Assembly: GCF_009914755.1 (NCBI RefSeq)
Contig: NC_060925.1
DNA length: 64,000 nucleotides
Strand: one strand, 5' to 3'
From: the human T2T-CHM13v2.0 reference genome, Homo sapiens
In this document: piece after piece, positions 1 to 13,960 of the stretch
Layout: each line of letters opens with the position of its first letter
Numbering within the stretch: the stretch's first letter is position 1
Program-made: the position numbers and the translations under genes
Notes under the pieces: generated by a model
The model's input: only the letters and a program-made list of their open reading frames with translations
The model's database searches: none
Told to the model about the DNA's origin: nothing

Positions 1-1795
1 CTTTTGCCTAATGAATAGGCTAGTAATAGTCTGTTGTTTTAAATGAGTACTATTAATAATAATGACAGCTCATATTTTTATCATTACAGCATTTAAAAAA
101 TATCATTCATAGGGAGGAAGAAATGTAGGGTAATGGAGGACCAGCTATGTAATGTTGAAGATGTCATTCCACCTTTGGGATTCTCAGCTTCTCAGCTGGA
201 AAGTGGAAAGATGGATTACTAGTTCCTAGCTTCATGATTTTTAGGACATATGAACAAAAAATGGCTATTGTTAAGTGAGTTGTCACATAGAGTCTAGATG
301 TTGATTATTATCCTGGGGGAAGGATAGAAACCAGAGAATAGATAGCACAGGTTCTTCCTACTCCCCTCTTCTACTTCTGGTTTAAGGTTTCATCTTTTTT
401 TTTTTTTCTTTGTTTTCTTCTTAAAGGTTTCATCTTTAAATGACATTAATTAGGCTTTGTGTTTTTAGCCATTTTTAGAGTCCGTTGTGCTGTATCTCCT
501 GATCTCTCTTTTTCAGTGATTTGTGGTTATGTAAGTTATCTCAGTTCTTTGCTGTCAGCAATTTTAAATCAAACATTGAAGCATTTTGGGTAGATGACGT
601 GTTACTTTGATTAATGAGGTTCTTGATCTGGATATTTTAAGGCCAGTAACAACACAATATGGAAACACCTAATTCTCCTTAAAACTGCAATAGTGTTCTC
701 ACTGCCAAAGCTGAAACCGATTTGTGCTGGTTACTTCTTTCTAAGAGTGAATGTGTGCGTATGAGCTTTCTTTTGCTGTTTTGGCCAGGGAGTGGGACTG
801 CCAGTCCAGAAAGGCCAGCTCTTCTGGATTCAGTAGCAAAAGAGTTAATCATTAAGCAGAGACAGAAACCTCCCAAGTTTCTAACCTTCTCTTGTGTTAA
901 ATCTCCTTACTCTTATTAGAAGAAAAGGCATATGCACACTTAGGCATGCGCGTGTGCGCGCACGCACACAAACACCATACACACAAATACTCTAACAAAA
1001 CTTAATGTAAAATGATCTCATGTTTATGAGAGCTGGAATTACTTGGGAGGGATACTTGTGTTCTGCAGGCTTAGTGGGCATGATGTGAAAGCAAGGCTAT
1101 TTGGCCTGTGGAGATTGAAGATAAGAGCGTGATATGTAATTGAGTAAGAATTTGAAAAATTATCCGATAACGTTAGGAGCAGCAAAGCAACTGCGTGTAC
1201 TTTTTTTATGCTTGAAACTATTTGGAGTAGGAGTGAGGAGCTAGCATTGTTTTCAGGGCATGGGAACCCCCTCCCCACCTCACTAGCCAAATATGTTTGC
1301 CTAGGCCAAGAGTGTCAGATCTCTGAGAGATCTTGACAGAGTATTTAAATACATTCTGCCCTCGGACAATTCTTCAGTGTTAATCATTTCAGGAAAAGGG
1401 CTGTCAGCTAACCTTTAAAATCCTTTCCAGAATAGTATACCGCAGCCCACCTTCCCATCTTGTTCCAGTGACCCAATCTATAAATGGTCAGTTCCTTCAT
1501 TTGCAGAACTTGAAATAGTTTAAAGAAGAGACTTGATGAATTGAACTCATGTTTTTGCTGCTGTGGCCACACCCTCTATACAGACATTTGCTTCATTTGG
1601 GTTCTCAGCAACTTGGGAAGGAGGAGGCTATTGATGAAACTTTCAAGGTGTTGGCTTATAGCTACTGGAGTCTTCTTCTTTCCTGTCCCCTCCCCTCCTC
1701 ACTTCCTCCAGTGTTGGGACACTTTGTATTGAACAAGAAGATCATGAGCTAATTTCAACCTGGCAGCCATTTATTTAGCACCTACTGTATGTTGT

Positions 1796-2091
1796 CTTTT
1801 TTTTTTTTTTTGAGGCAGAGTCTTGCTCTGTCACTCAGGCTGGAGTGCAGTGATGTTATCTTGGCTCACTGCAACCTCCGACTCCCGGATTCAAGTGATT
1901 CTCCTGCCTCAGCCTCCTGAGTAGCTGGGATTACAGGCACGTGCCACCACGCCTGGCTAATTTTTAAATTTTTAGTAGAGACAGGGTTTCACCATGTTGT
2001 TCAGGCTGGTCTCGAACTCCTGACCTCATGATCCGCCTGCCTCAGCCTCCCAAAGTGCTGGGATTATAGGCGTGAGCCACCGTACCTGGCC
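1796..2091 (-). mobile_element. Full-length AluS (AluSg-like), inserted in an L2 3' fragment
   Basis: Poly-T then complete reverse Alu dimer ending ...cgtacctggcc; gacctcatgatcc (2-nt-deleted form) with ctggtctcgaactcc. Confidence 0.95.
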
Positions 2092-2177
2092 TATATGTTT
2101 TATACTATGCTAAGCTGTGGGCATAGAGAGATACAGAAAAAAGTTTCTGCCTTCAAGGAGCTGCAGTCTATTAGAAA

Positions 2178-2565
2178 TGTCTTAGTCCGTTTTCTGTTGA
2201 TTATAACACAATGCCTGAAACTGGGTAATTTGCAAAGAAACAATTTTTTTTTTCCGGTTCTGGAGGCTGGGAAGTCCAAGATTGAGGGCTGAATCTGGTG
2301 AGGGCCTTCTTGCTGATGGGAACTCTCCACAGAGTCCCAAGGTGGCGTAGGATATCACATAGAGAGGGAGCTGAGTGTGTAAACTTGCCAGCTCGGGTCC
2401 CTCTTCCTCTTCTTAAAAAGCCACTAGTTTCACTGCCAAGATAACCCATTAATCTATTAATCCATTCAGGATGACATGCCTTCATGATCCAGTCACCTCT
2501 TGAAGGCCCCACCATGGGGATTAAGTTTCAACATGAGTTTTGGAGGGGACATTCAAACAATAGCA
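2178..2565 (-). mobile_element. MaLR solo LTR, MST family (MSTB1/MSTC-like)
   Basis: TG...CA termini (tgtcttagtccgttt ... ggaggggacattcaaacaatagca); internal ctggaggctgggaagtccaagat typical of MST. Confidence 0.9.
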
Positions 2566-2799
2566 AGAGGGGTGATCGGATTACACAAGTACAGTGATAG
2601 GGTCATAGTAGAGAGATATCGAAGGCTATGTGGATAAGGAATAGTCTAACAGTGAGTAATGCTGATGAGACTGGTTGATAGAGGAAGATGATGATGTTAC
2701 CTAGTATTTACAGGGCACAAGGCAGTCAAAGTGCCTTGCCATACTTTATCTCATTTAACCTCAGAATTGTACAACACAGGGCAGGATGATATCCGGCCT

Positions 2800-3385
2800 T
2801 TTTTTTTTTCTTTTTTTTAATATTTTATTTTGAGATAATTATGCATTCACATGCAGTTGTAAGAAATAATGCAGAGAGATTGCACATACCTGTTACTTAG
2901 ATTCCTCTGATGGTTAACATCTTGCAAAACTATAACACAATATCATAATCAGGACCTTGACATTGATACAGTCAAAATTCTAAACAGTTCCATCACTGCA
3001 AGGATCACTCATGTTGTCCTTTTCTAGTCCTGCCCCTCCCAGTTCACTCTTTCATCTCACCCCACTTTAGTCCTTAGTCCTTAACTGCTGGCAACCACTA
3101 ATCTCTTGTCCATGTTTATAATATTGTCATTTCAAGAATATTATAAAAATGGAACCATTAGCATGTAGCTTTTTAGGATTGGCCTTTTTTTTTCACTCAG
3201 CACAAGTCTCTGAAGACTCATTCAGGTTGTTGTGCATATCAATAGTGTATCCCTTTTTATTGCTGAGCAGTATTCTATGGTATGAATGTATGATGGTTCG
3301 GACATATGGGTTGTTTCCTATTTTAGGCTGTTATGAATGAAGCTGCTCTGAACATTCATGTATAGATTTTTGTGTATACAGGTAT
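2800..3385 (-). mobile_element. L1 3' end fragment (L1MC1/L1MC2-like)
   Basis: Poly-T followed by tttgagataatt...cacatgcagttgtaagaaataat...catcttgcaaaactata...gacattgataca, matching the L1MC 3' UTR. Confidence 0.85.
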
Positions 3386-3404
3386 TTTTTAGAAAATAGA
3401 GATA

Positions 3405-3532
3405 AGCCAGGCATGGTGATGTGTACCTATAGTCCCAGCTACTCTGGAGGCTGAGGCAGGAGAATCTCTTGAGCCCAGAGGTTCAAGATGAGCCTGGGCA
3501 ACATTTTGGAGATCCTGTCTCCAAAAAAAAAA
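3405..3532 (+). mobile_element. Alu monomer (FLAM)
   Basis: Single ~130-nt arm: gccaggcatggtg...agcctgggcaacat...cctgtctc followed by A-tail. Confidence 0.85.
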
Positions 3533-3584
3533 GATGGAGGTAGTTTTTTGTAATGGCAAGATTGTACATTAGAAGATAGAAAAG

Positions 3585-4740
<1,156 letters not shown>

Positions 4741-5559
4741 AGATGAGTTCTCCATCATGCTGTAGCGGTGCTGCCGCTGGATGTGCATCAGGGGTTGCTG
4801 ATGAGGGAGTCAAATATTTTCCCCTTTGAGGTAGCAGCACTAGGCTGTCCCCACAGCTCCAACCAGAATAGCTCTGCTTTTATGTTCACGATATTGGGTG
4901 TCCCGCTAAGATTTTATTTGAATAACTTTTTAGATGGAACAATTTTAAAAGTTAAAAACTACCATTTTTAAACAAATTACATTTTGGATCGTTTTTTGAG
5001 ATAGCAAGGGTTTCGTCTCTCATCTTGGGTTGGATGAAAAGTGTAAGACAACACAGAACTCAGAACCTAGCAGCGAGGGAAGTGCCTGTTTTTCAAAGGG
5101 AAAGGAATGTGTTATTTTGCAGTTGTCAGTAGTTCCAAATATATCAACTATTCCACAAAATAATGAGTATGTAGTTTCCGTGAGAGACTTAGAACTGTCT
5201 AGAGCCTAGTCCTTATTGTCTGTGATCATAGAAACCATGGAGAAAAAAAGCCTACCTATACGAAAGTAGTTAAAAAAAAAAATAACCCACAGCAATACAA
5301 GAAATGACATCAGCCAGCAGATGACTGAAAATGAGTGGTGTTGATAAGAACTTGAGGAATTTTGAGATGGGAGAGGTGTGGGCCAGAATGAATAAGACCT
5401 TGATTTATGGACTAGGATTTGGCTAAGTCGAGAGTAGGAGGAAAGAACAGAGGCAGTGTGTCTTCCCTCAGTGGAGTTCCCACAGCCCCCACCGTGCTTA
5501 CCGCTCCTGCATCACTTCCTACACCCTAATACAATGATGGTTTTATCCACCCTCACCCC

Positions 5560-5715
5560 CACCCCCATGCTCCTTCCCCCAGACTACACTCACTACCAGA
5601 AAGCTTGTGAGTTCTTTGAGGGTGGACAGTGGGCAGCCTGTCATTTCAACATTCCCAGCCTCCTGCACCATGTTTGCATGTGGTAGGCACCCAATAAATG
5701 TGTGCTGAGTGAGGG
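5560..5715 (+). mobile_element. L2 3' end fragment
   Basis: tgtgagttctttgaggg...gtaggcacccaataaatgtgtgctgagtga. Confidence 0.65.
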
Positions 5716-7299
5716 AGTAGACTCTTGGGCTGGAGCAGAGGAGTTATAGACAGAGGAGTAAGATCGAAGTGGATAGTTTTTGATGACCTTGAAGATCAGC
5801 CAGAGTCTGGCTTCATACTGGGGCAACAAAGATCAGTGGGGGCACTCTGAGTTGAAGAGTGATGAAGTGTGATGAAGTCATTTCAGAGGGACTCCCTGGT
5901 TGCTCTGAGTTGCCTGGCTGGGGGCAAGAGGCTTGTTCCTGCCCACACAGCATACCAGGCCTTGTGGTGGGTGCTGCAAACATGCTGTTAAATGTGATCA
6001 ATTACTGGAGTCACCTGTGAGGGAATTGCGAGTCCCCATTTACTGAACAAGAAATTTGAGTCAGGCAGATGATCCGAGGTGATGGTGACCCATGATGGAA
6101 TGGGGACTGCAGCTCAGGTCTGTCCAACTCTAAAGCCTGCTGGTTCTTTTATCTTGGATATTATGTTTGACCACACTGTAATCAAGAGATACCACTAAGA
6201 TGGGAAGATGAGCTGCCGAGATGGGTGTGGGGCCTAGGGGTGAAGTAAGAGTCAGGAATGCCTGAGGTTTTTAGTTTGGGAGACAGGGAGAACGATGGTG
6301 GCAATGGCAGAAATAGACATATGGAAGCCAGGAAGAGGTGCAGCAGTTGGTGAGAGAATGAGCATTATTTTAGATACCCTGAGTTTGAGATGACAGTTCC
6401 ATTCAAGCAGGAATTTCATTAGGCAAGTGACAATGCCACCCCCATCCGCCTTTCATTAAATCTGTCATTTTCTTTTCTTCTAAATTGGGAATGTTGCAGA
6501 GAAACTGTGAAATAGATGACACCCCTTTTACGTGCCAAATACCTGACCTCCTTTTGCAGCTTCTTACCTTTCACTTTCAGAAATATTCTCCCTTGAAGGG
6601 GCTTCGTGTTTGTATGCAGGAATTAATAGCATTTTCTTTCCCTGTGCCCTGTAGGGAAAGAGCACAGCTAAACAAGGAGAGAGAAAACTGGAGTTCTGAG
6701 CTGCCTTGCTCCGAGTTTGGTTGGAGGCCCCTTATGAGGGTCAGCTGGGAATGAAAGAAAAGTCAAGTCAAGCCCTGCCAGCACCCTCCACCACCTGACC
6801 TCCCATGGGTGACTGAAGAGCCAGCTAATGAACAAGTTCTTTTAAAGGCAGCCTGGGGAGTGTGGGAGAGGCTGAGTTCAGCAAAACATGACTAGGTGGT
6901 GCTGGTGCTGTTTCAGGGTGTGGAGGCAGAAGTGGTTGATCTCCTTAATTTGAATAACTTTGGAATGGGGAGATGGCGCTTTGATAGAGGATTTGATTGG
7001 AGATTTTGATTGTAGGATATGTTGAAAGAGGGGATCAGGCTAAAACCATTTATAGGAAATTATATTTCAGATATTGGCAGTTGAACTTAATGTATTCTAT
7101 TCTCACTTCCAAAGGCTTTGAATTTTTAGTGTTATTTCTATTTTGAGGAGAGTGGCCTATGAGTACTTCTCATCCAATGTGTTCAATCCAAGGAGACTAT
7201 AGGAGTTATTACTCTCCTCCTTTATAAATTCTTTCTGTGTAACAGAGATTACCCACAGTTGGCTTGAGAGTTTTACACCACAGTTTGGTAGAAAAAAGA

Positions 7300-7495
7300 C
7301 CACTCAGCTGGAGGTCAGAGGCTTGGGTACCAGTGGTAGCTCTGACCCTTGCCATCAACTATGTGGCCCTGGGTAAGTCTCTAACCTCTCCTGGCCTCAA
7401 GCCTCTTCAGATATAGGATGAACATATAATTCCTACATCTAGGAGTTGCTGTGTTGACTAAATGAAGTAATGCTTGTGTATCAGCTTTGCAAATT
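7300..7495 (+). mobile_element. MIR
   Basis: ctatgtggccctgggtaagtctctaacctctc...cctca core and ctaaatgaagtaatgcttgt 3' part. Confidence 0.75.
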
Positions 7496-8019
7496 ACATA
7501 ACCCAAACAAATATATATTAAGATTTTATTTGCTGCAACAGAAGAAAGTGGACCATCTCTTGGTGTTTGTTTTGATGAGACTTGACCTATATAACACTGG
7601 CTCAAGTATGTTTGTTAAAGTGAATCACCTGTTGCTTTCTGGGCCATACTTGAAATGACGTGCCGTGTTACAGTGAACCCCTTTTGCACCGCCCCAAGTT
7701 CAGGTTGCCCTTACACAATTTGGGCGAGATAGATGAACACGCACCTTCCTCCTTCTTAGAAACAAAACAGTGACTTGGGTAGGGTAGACATTAGGAAAGT
7801 GACTTAGCTGGTAAATATGTGATTAATAATGGAGATTTGGCCTAAGCATGAGTGCGAGCCTCTGAATACGGATGGGTAAATGATAAATAGCAAGTCTGCC
7901 AGGTTGAGCACATTGGGGAACCTCTTGGGCTCTGTTCATGCTTGAAGTATGACTGTGCCAATACTGTATTCGCTATTTAACAAAATGAGGTCATACCAAT
8001 CACACTATTTTGCACGTAT

Positions 8020-8158
8020 TTGTTTACACATCTCTTGTCTGCTAAGCTATGAGCTCTTTGAGAGCAGGGACTGTTTCTGTTTATCGTTGTTTTCTAGCAT
8101 CTAGCAGAGTGCTTAGCATATAATAAATGTGTATTGGATGAATGAATGAACGAATGAA
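8020..8158 (+). mobile_element. L2 3' end
   Basis: gagctctttgagagcagggactg...ataaatgtgtattggatgaatgaatgaa terminus. Confidence 0.8.
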
Positions 8159-8874
8159 ATTCCTTGCATTTTTATTCGGTTAGAGAGATTTTTTGAAAGG
8201 CATATATGTGGGATTATTTGTGCCGTCATCTGCTAATTTCACAGATGTCTTCTCAACTGTAGACCTTCATATAAGGGAAAGACCTATTTACGCATAGTTG
8301 AGTTGCAGCTGCTGCTGCCCTGGCCTGATGGCACAGTGGTGAGGGCTGTCTCAATATCTGTCCCATGTCTCTTTCATAGAATAATACCCTCCCTCAGCCC
8401 CTTTTCCCTGTATCTTCCTTTCAAGGGTTGCTGTGTAGTTAACTCTGCCTCAGGCAATTTATCTTATCTGTACTTTTCTCTTCCTCATTCCTCTTCTCTT
8501 TTCCAGTGCTTGTCCAGTAACCTCAAGGAAATCTGTTCCAACCCTTCTTTGCTGTTGGTGTATTCCTATTCATGAGTTAAATCCCAAACAAAACATACTC
8601 TAATCAGGGCAGTCGAACTTGAAAAGAGTCAGTGAGAAATCTGAAAGGAGGAAAAGCCTGGCCACGAGGCTCCAAGTGAAATGAAAGCCATAAACACCAG
8701 CTTCGTCAACCTTGAAAGCTTCTAAAAGTGCCCCTAAGCCTCCTTTTGAATCACTAAAAGTTTTCACTTACCTCCCTGTCTTTCTCAGATAAAATTTCCT
8801 CTTTCTCAGCCATGAGTCTTAAAAAACAAAGCAAAACAAAACACTTCACACCTGCTTCTTATTCAGTTTTACAC

Positions 8875-9080
8875 TAGTGGAAAGAGAATGGGATTTAGAG
8901 TTGGAAGGCCAACGTGAGCGTCCTGCTGCCACTTAGTAGCTGTGTGACTCTGTATAAGCTTCTAGGCTTTCTGTGCCTCAATTTCTTCAACCGTTGACAA
9001 TATGACCGTGTATCATCACATAATACACTATGATGTGAAGTTTATGTAGATGAAGAACTCTTTCAAGCTCACAAAGCACC
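8875..9080 (+). mobile_element. MIR
   Basis: gccacttagtagctgtgtgact...ctgtgcctcaatttc core. Confidence 0.75.
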
Positions 9081-10756
9081 AGATACATGTCAGATATTTC
9101 TAATGTTACACCAGTTTTTAATATCATGTTTCATTTCACATACGGTACTTGATATCTCAATTACATTAGAGGTTAAAACAGTTTTCTACCAGCATGAGAA
9201 CTGAAACACGATAGCATGCCTTTTATGGCGAAATGTGTTTGAACTTCAAACAACAAATATATAAAACTTATTATGCAATACACCCTATCAGCAAATTAAT
9301 TGAAGGCTGCCTCTAGATTGTTAGGTGTGGATGACAGGAACTTTATTTCATACTTCTTTTGTACATGCCATTGCTGTTTAACAGTGTTGGGTTCATAACA
9401 GGTGATTAGACAGTCTTGTTGATAGTTTGGAGAACGATCTTAATCATGACCTAGAATCATTCTTATTTCACAGCAACCTGTGTCTTGACTAATGTTAAAC
9501 TGACTAATTTGTTTTGAAGCTGAGAATGAGAAATTGGAGGTCCTTCTCATAGATCTGAGATTCCTTTTTATTCCCGAGTTGGATAAATTAGGGTAAACAA
9601 AATCAAATACTTGTAAAAATACTGTACAAAGGAATGACATATGTATGCTGGTTCCCTAGCAGGGTAATTCCATCAGCGCTTTAAAAAAAAAAAAAAAGAT
9701 TACATTCCTTCTCAACCAGCCAAAGGAGCCATTTTCCAATCTCTTATCTTGTTGGGGTGTGTTAGAAAAATATACCAAGTGCAAGAACCTGTAAGCCTGG
9801 GGTTCATTAACCTGCTTAAAACCAGTTTTACTTCAAATAGGTGATCTTTAGTGTCAACCGTTGTACTTTTGTCTGCAGGGAACAACTCAAGTTTCGTCCT
9901 GTCCTCAGTAAGCAGATGAGAGGTAGGGTTGACGTTAGAAGCCAAGTTTTTGTGGAGCAATAAGGTAAAATTATGAAGGAAGCCTATAGAATTCCAGGAG
10001 AGTTTAAAGAAAACAGTAGAATACTTTCTTAGCAAGGGTATGGGTGGGCTTCTGAGTGGAGGAAGCAGGCTAGACCTTGGGATGTTCCAGTCCAAATTCT
10101 GTTTCGGAAGCTCCCTAAATGTATGCAGAGGTTGTGTAATTGTATTCATCACTGTTGAATGTATTATTGGTTTGATTTGGTTTCACTGCTCCTAAGTTCC
10201 TTTTGTCTTATCTTGCAAGCATATCACTGTGAGTACTTAAATCATTAACAACTCATTAAAACTCTTGACCATTTTCATTTTCTACCAAGCTGAAGCCTGG
10301 GTGTGGTGGAAACTTGTGCAGGCCTGCTTGGCTGTGCGGCAACTGAGCAGCTCCTAGCAGTTTGGCTGTCAAAAGGCCACTGAATAAACAAATTGATAGG
10401 AATGGCGGACATAATCTCTGCAGTTCCTTGAAAAGAAGGAAGGGGCTGCAGGATACAGGATAGTGAAGGATCCTTCTCTTCAACCTGAAGGACTCTTCAG
10501 CAATTAACACCTTGACTCTCTTTTTATGCAACACTTTTTTTTTTGTCCTCTCAGAGACTATTTGTACTTGGTCTTTTCTTCTTTCAGGATTTCTATAGCT
10601 TCTTTTAGAGACTCAAAGTGCTTCCAGTTTTGTTACCTCATTTATTCTCTAGGGGCAGGAATTAAGGTCTTGATGGAGATGAAGTGGTACATCACTTACT
10701 GGGCTGTGGAGGCAGTCTACAACAGGCAGTTGCAGCAGTTCTTCTGGTTACATGTT

Positions 10757-10773
10757 GAGAGAGAGATATATAT

Positions 10774-10827
<54 letters not shown>
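10757..10827. repeat. Compound (GA)n(TA)n(CA)n microsatellite
   Basis: gagagagagatatatatatacacatacacacaca... directly visible. Confidence 0.98.
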
Positions 10828-11162
10828 CTTACCTTATTTAGGATCTCCCAGAAGATAATTTTAAGTATTTGTAATTTCTATATATTTTAAATAGCTGATT
10901 TATGCCTCATAAGTAAAGAAAAAAGGTTTCTCTGCTTTTGACTTGAATTGTTGAACTATTTGTCCCTTGGTAAACTGATCAGTTGCCGTGCAGATTGAGA
11001 GAAAGCCATTCAGTCAATCAAAATGTTTCTACTGCATTGGCATGCTTTGTAATGGAAATGAAAATGACAGCATGTTTTTGTCAGTTTAAATGAATAGGTT
11101 TCCTTTAGATCGATGCTGAAGTTGGTATTATAGGTATCTAGCCTATGAATGCTAATAATTAA

Positions 11163-11794
<632 letters not shown>

Positions 11795-12333
11795 CAGAAT
11801 GGTATTCTTAATGTATGGACTTAAAAGGAGCATTTGCAAGGAAGAGTGGCAGTGGCAGTATTGTATGGGGAGCTCTGATTCTCATTTATGCAAGATATGT
11901 AATGCCTTTCTAAAGAATAGTGTTGCTACTTACAGCTCGGGCTTGGAGATAAGACCCACTACTCTGCAGGTCCACTTGAACTTCTTTGTAAGCCCACTTG
12001 AAATAATCTGGAAGAGTTTCAAGCTTTGGTACCCTATTTGCCAACAGCTGGGTACAAAACCACCTATTGGGTATGATTTTAGGGCTATTGTCAAGGTCCC
12101 TGAAGGTGGATAGACTGAAGACATCTCTTCTACTGGTAGCTTTATCTCTTTAAAACATTCTTTTATTGTATCTCACTCAAAAGACTAGCTGTTTATTTAT
12201 ACTTTAGTATGAGATTCCATTTGTTTCTTTACAAGGTTTTGATAAGGGTCTAAGACTACTAGATGCCAGTTTAGTGAGGGAGGGCACTCTGGGGGAAGTA
12301 AGCAGGTATATGGGGCTAAAATCAAAAGGTTGA

Positions 12334-12744
<411 letters not shown>

Positions 12745-13366
12745 TAGATCATCACAATCCCTTTTAGTTAAGTCTGCTCACTTGGTAGATTTGTACCTAA
12801 CTGCCCAACTGCCCAGGCTTTGGTGTTTTTCCCCATTCTGTGCTTTGGTGAGGAGATCCTGCGTTTTCTTTCCGTTTCCTTTGCCAGAAAGAGCTCCCTG
12901 TGGCAACATAGAAAATATCAACTCACTGATTTCCCCAGAAAGGGAAGAGTCCACAGCTTCAGAATGGTATCTGCCCTGGTGTCTGCATTCTGGTCAGGCG
13001 GCTGCGTTCAGCGTCTGTGCTCCCGGGCTGGGGTGCTTATCTGTAGTAGCCAGATGGCCTGGGCGCTCACAGTAAGTTACGTTTACATAGTGGAGAGGTG
13101 AGCAAGCAGATAGTCTGAAGCAAGGAGAAAGAACACTCCAGTCAAGGTTTTCCAGAGGAAAGATTTTGAACCATCGTCAATTAAATAAAACAGAATCTTC
13201 TCAAGATCACCAGAAAATACATAGCCAGGGAGATCCCAAGTATTGTGGAACCAACCTAATTATAGTTACCTCCTATTTGCTTAGCATTTTGTGCTTTTAA
13301 AAATGGGTCTTATTTCATATCTCATCTGATCTTAAATATCTTGTGAGCTAAGCAGGTCAGAAATTA

Positions 13367-13663
13367 TCATTATTATTATTTTTTGAGACAGAGTCTCACT
13401 CTGTTGCCCAGGCTGGAGTACAGTGGCATGATCTTGGCTTACTGCAACCTCCATCTCCTGGGTTCAAGTGATTCTCCTTCCTCAGCCTCCCAAGTAGCTG
13501 GGATTACAGGTGTGTGCCACCATGCCCAGCTAATGTTTGTATTTTTACTAGAGATGGGGTTTTGCCATGTTAGCCAGGCTGGTCTCGAACTGATCTCAGG
13601 TAATCCACCAGCCTCGGCCTCCCAAAGTGCTGGGATTACAGGCATAAGCCATCTCACCTGGCC
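13367..13663 (-). mobile_element. AluSx-like with 16-bp TSD, inserted in a MIR
   Basis: TSD agcaggtcagaaatta at 13351-13366 and 13664-13679; (TTA)n tail; MIR continues to ~13780. Confidence 0.95.
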
Positions 13664-13782
13664 AGCAGGTCAGAAATTAGTAATCCCATTTAAAATATGA
13701 GAAAACTGAAGCATTAGGTAGGCTAAGTGACATGGCCAAGGTCACACAGTTAATAGGGCAGGATCAGAATTTAGAATGCATG

Positions 13783-13960
13783 TTTTTTCTTTTAAAAACA
13801 ACTTTATTCAGGTATAATTTATGTGCAATAAAATTCACTATTTGAAACCTATAGTTCAATGAGTTTTGACAAATGGTATATACTTGTGTAGCCACAATTA
13901 TAATCAATAGGTTGAACATTTCTATCACCCCAAAAAGTCCCTTCACGGTCCTTGGCTTTA
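13783..13960 (-). mobile_element. L1MB-like 3' end
   Basis: aactttattcaggtataatttat...tatagttcaatgagttttgacaaatg...aacatttctatcaccccaaaaag. Confidence 0.8.

Noticed and set aside
9712-10152. 146-aa minus-strand ORF in unique sequence
   Set aside because: No recognisable domain, promoter or splice context; length is compatible with chance
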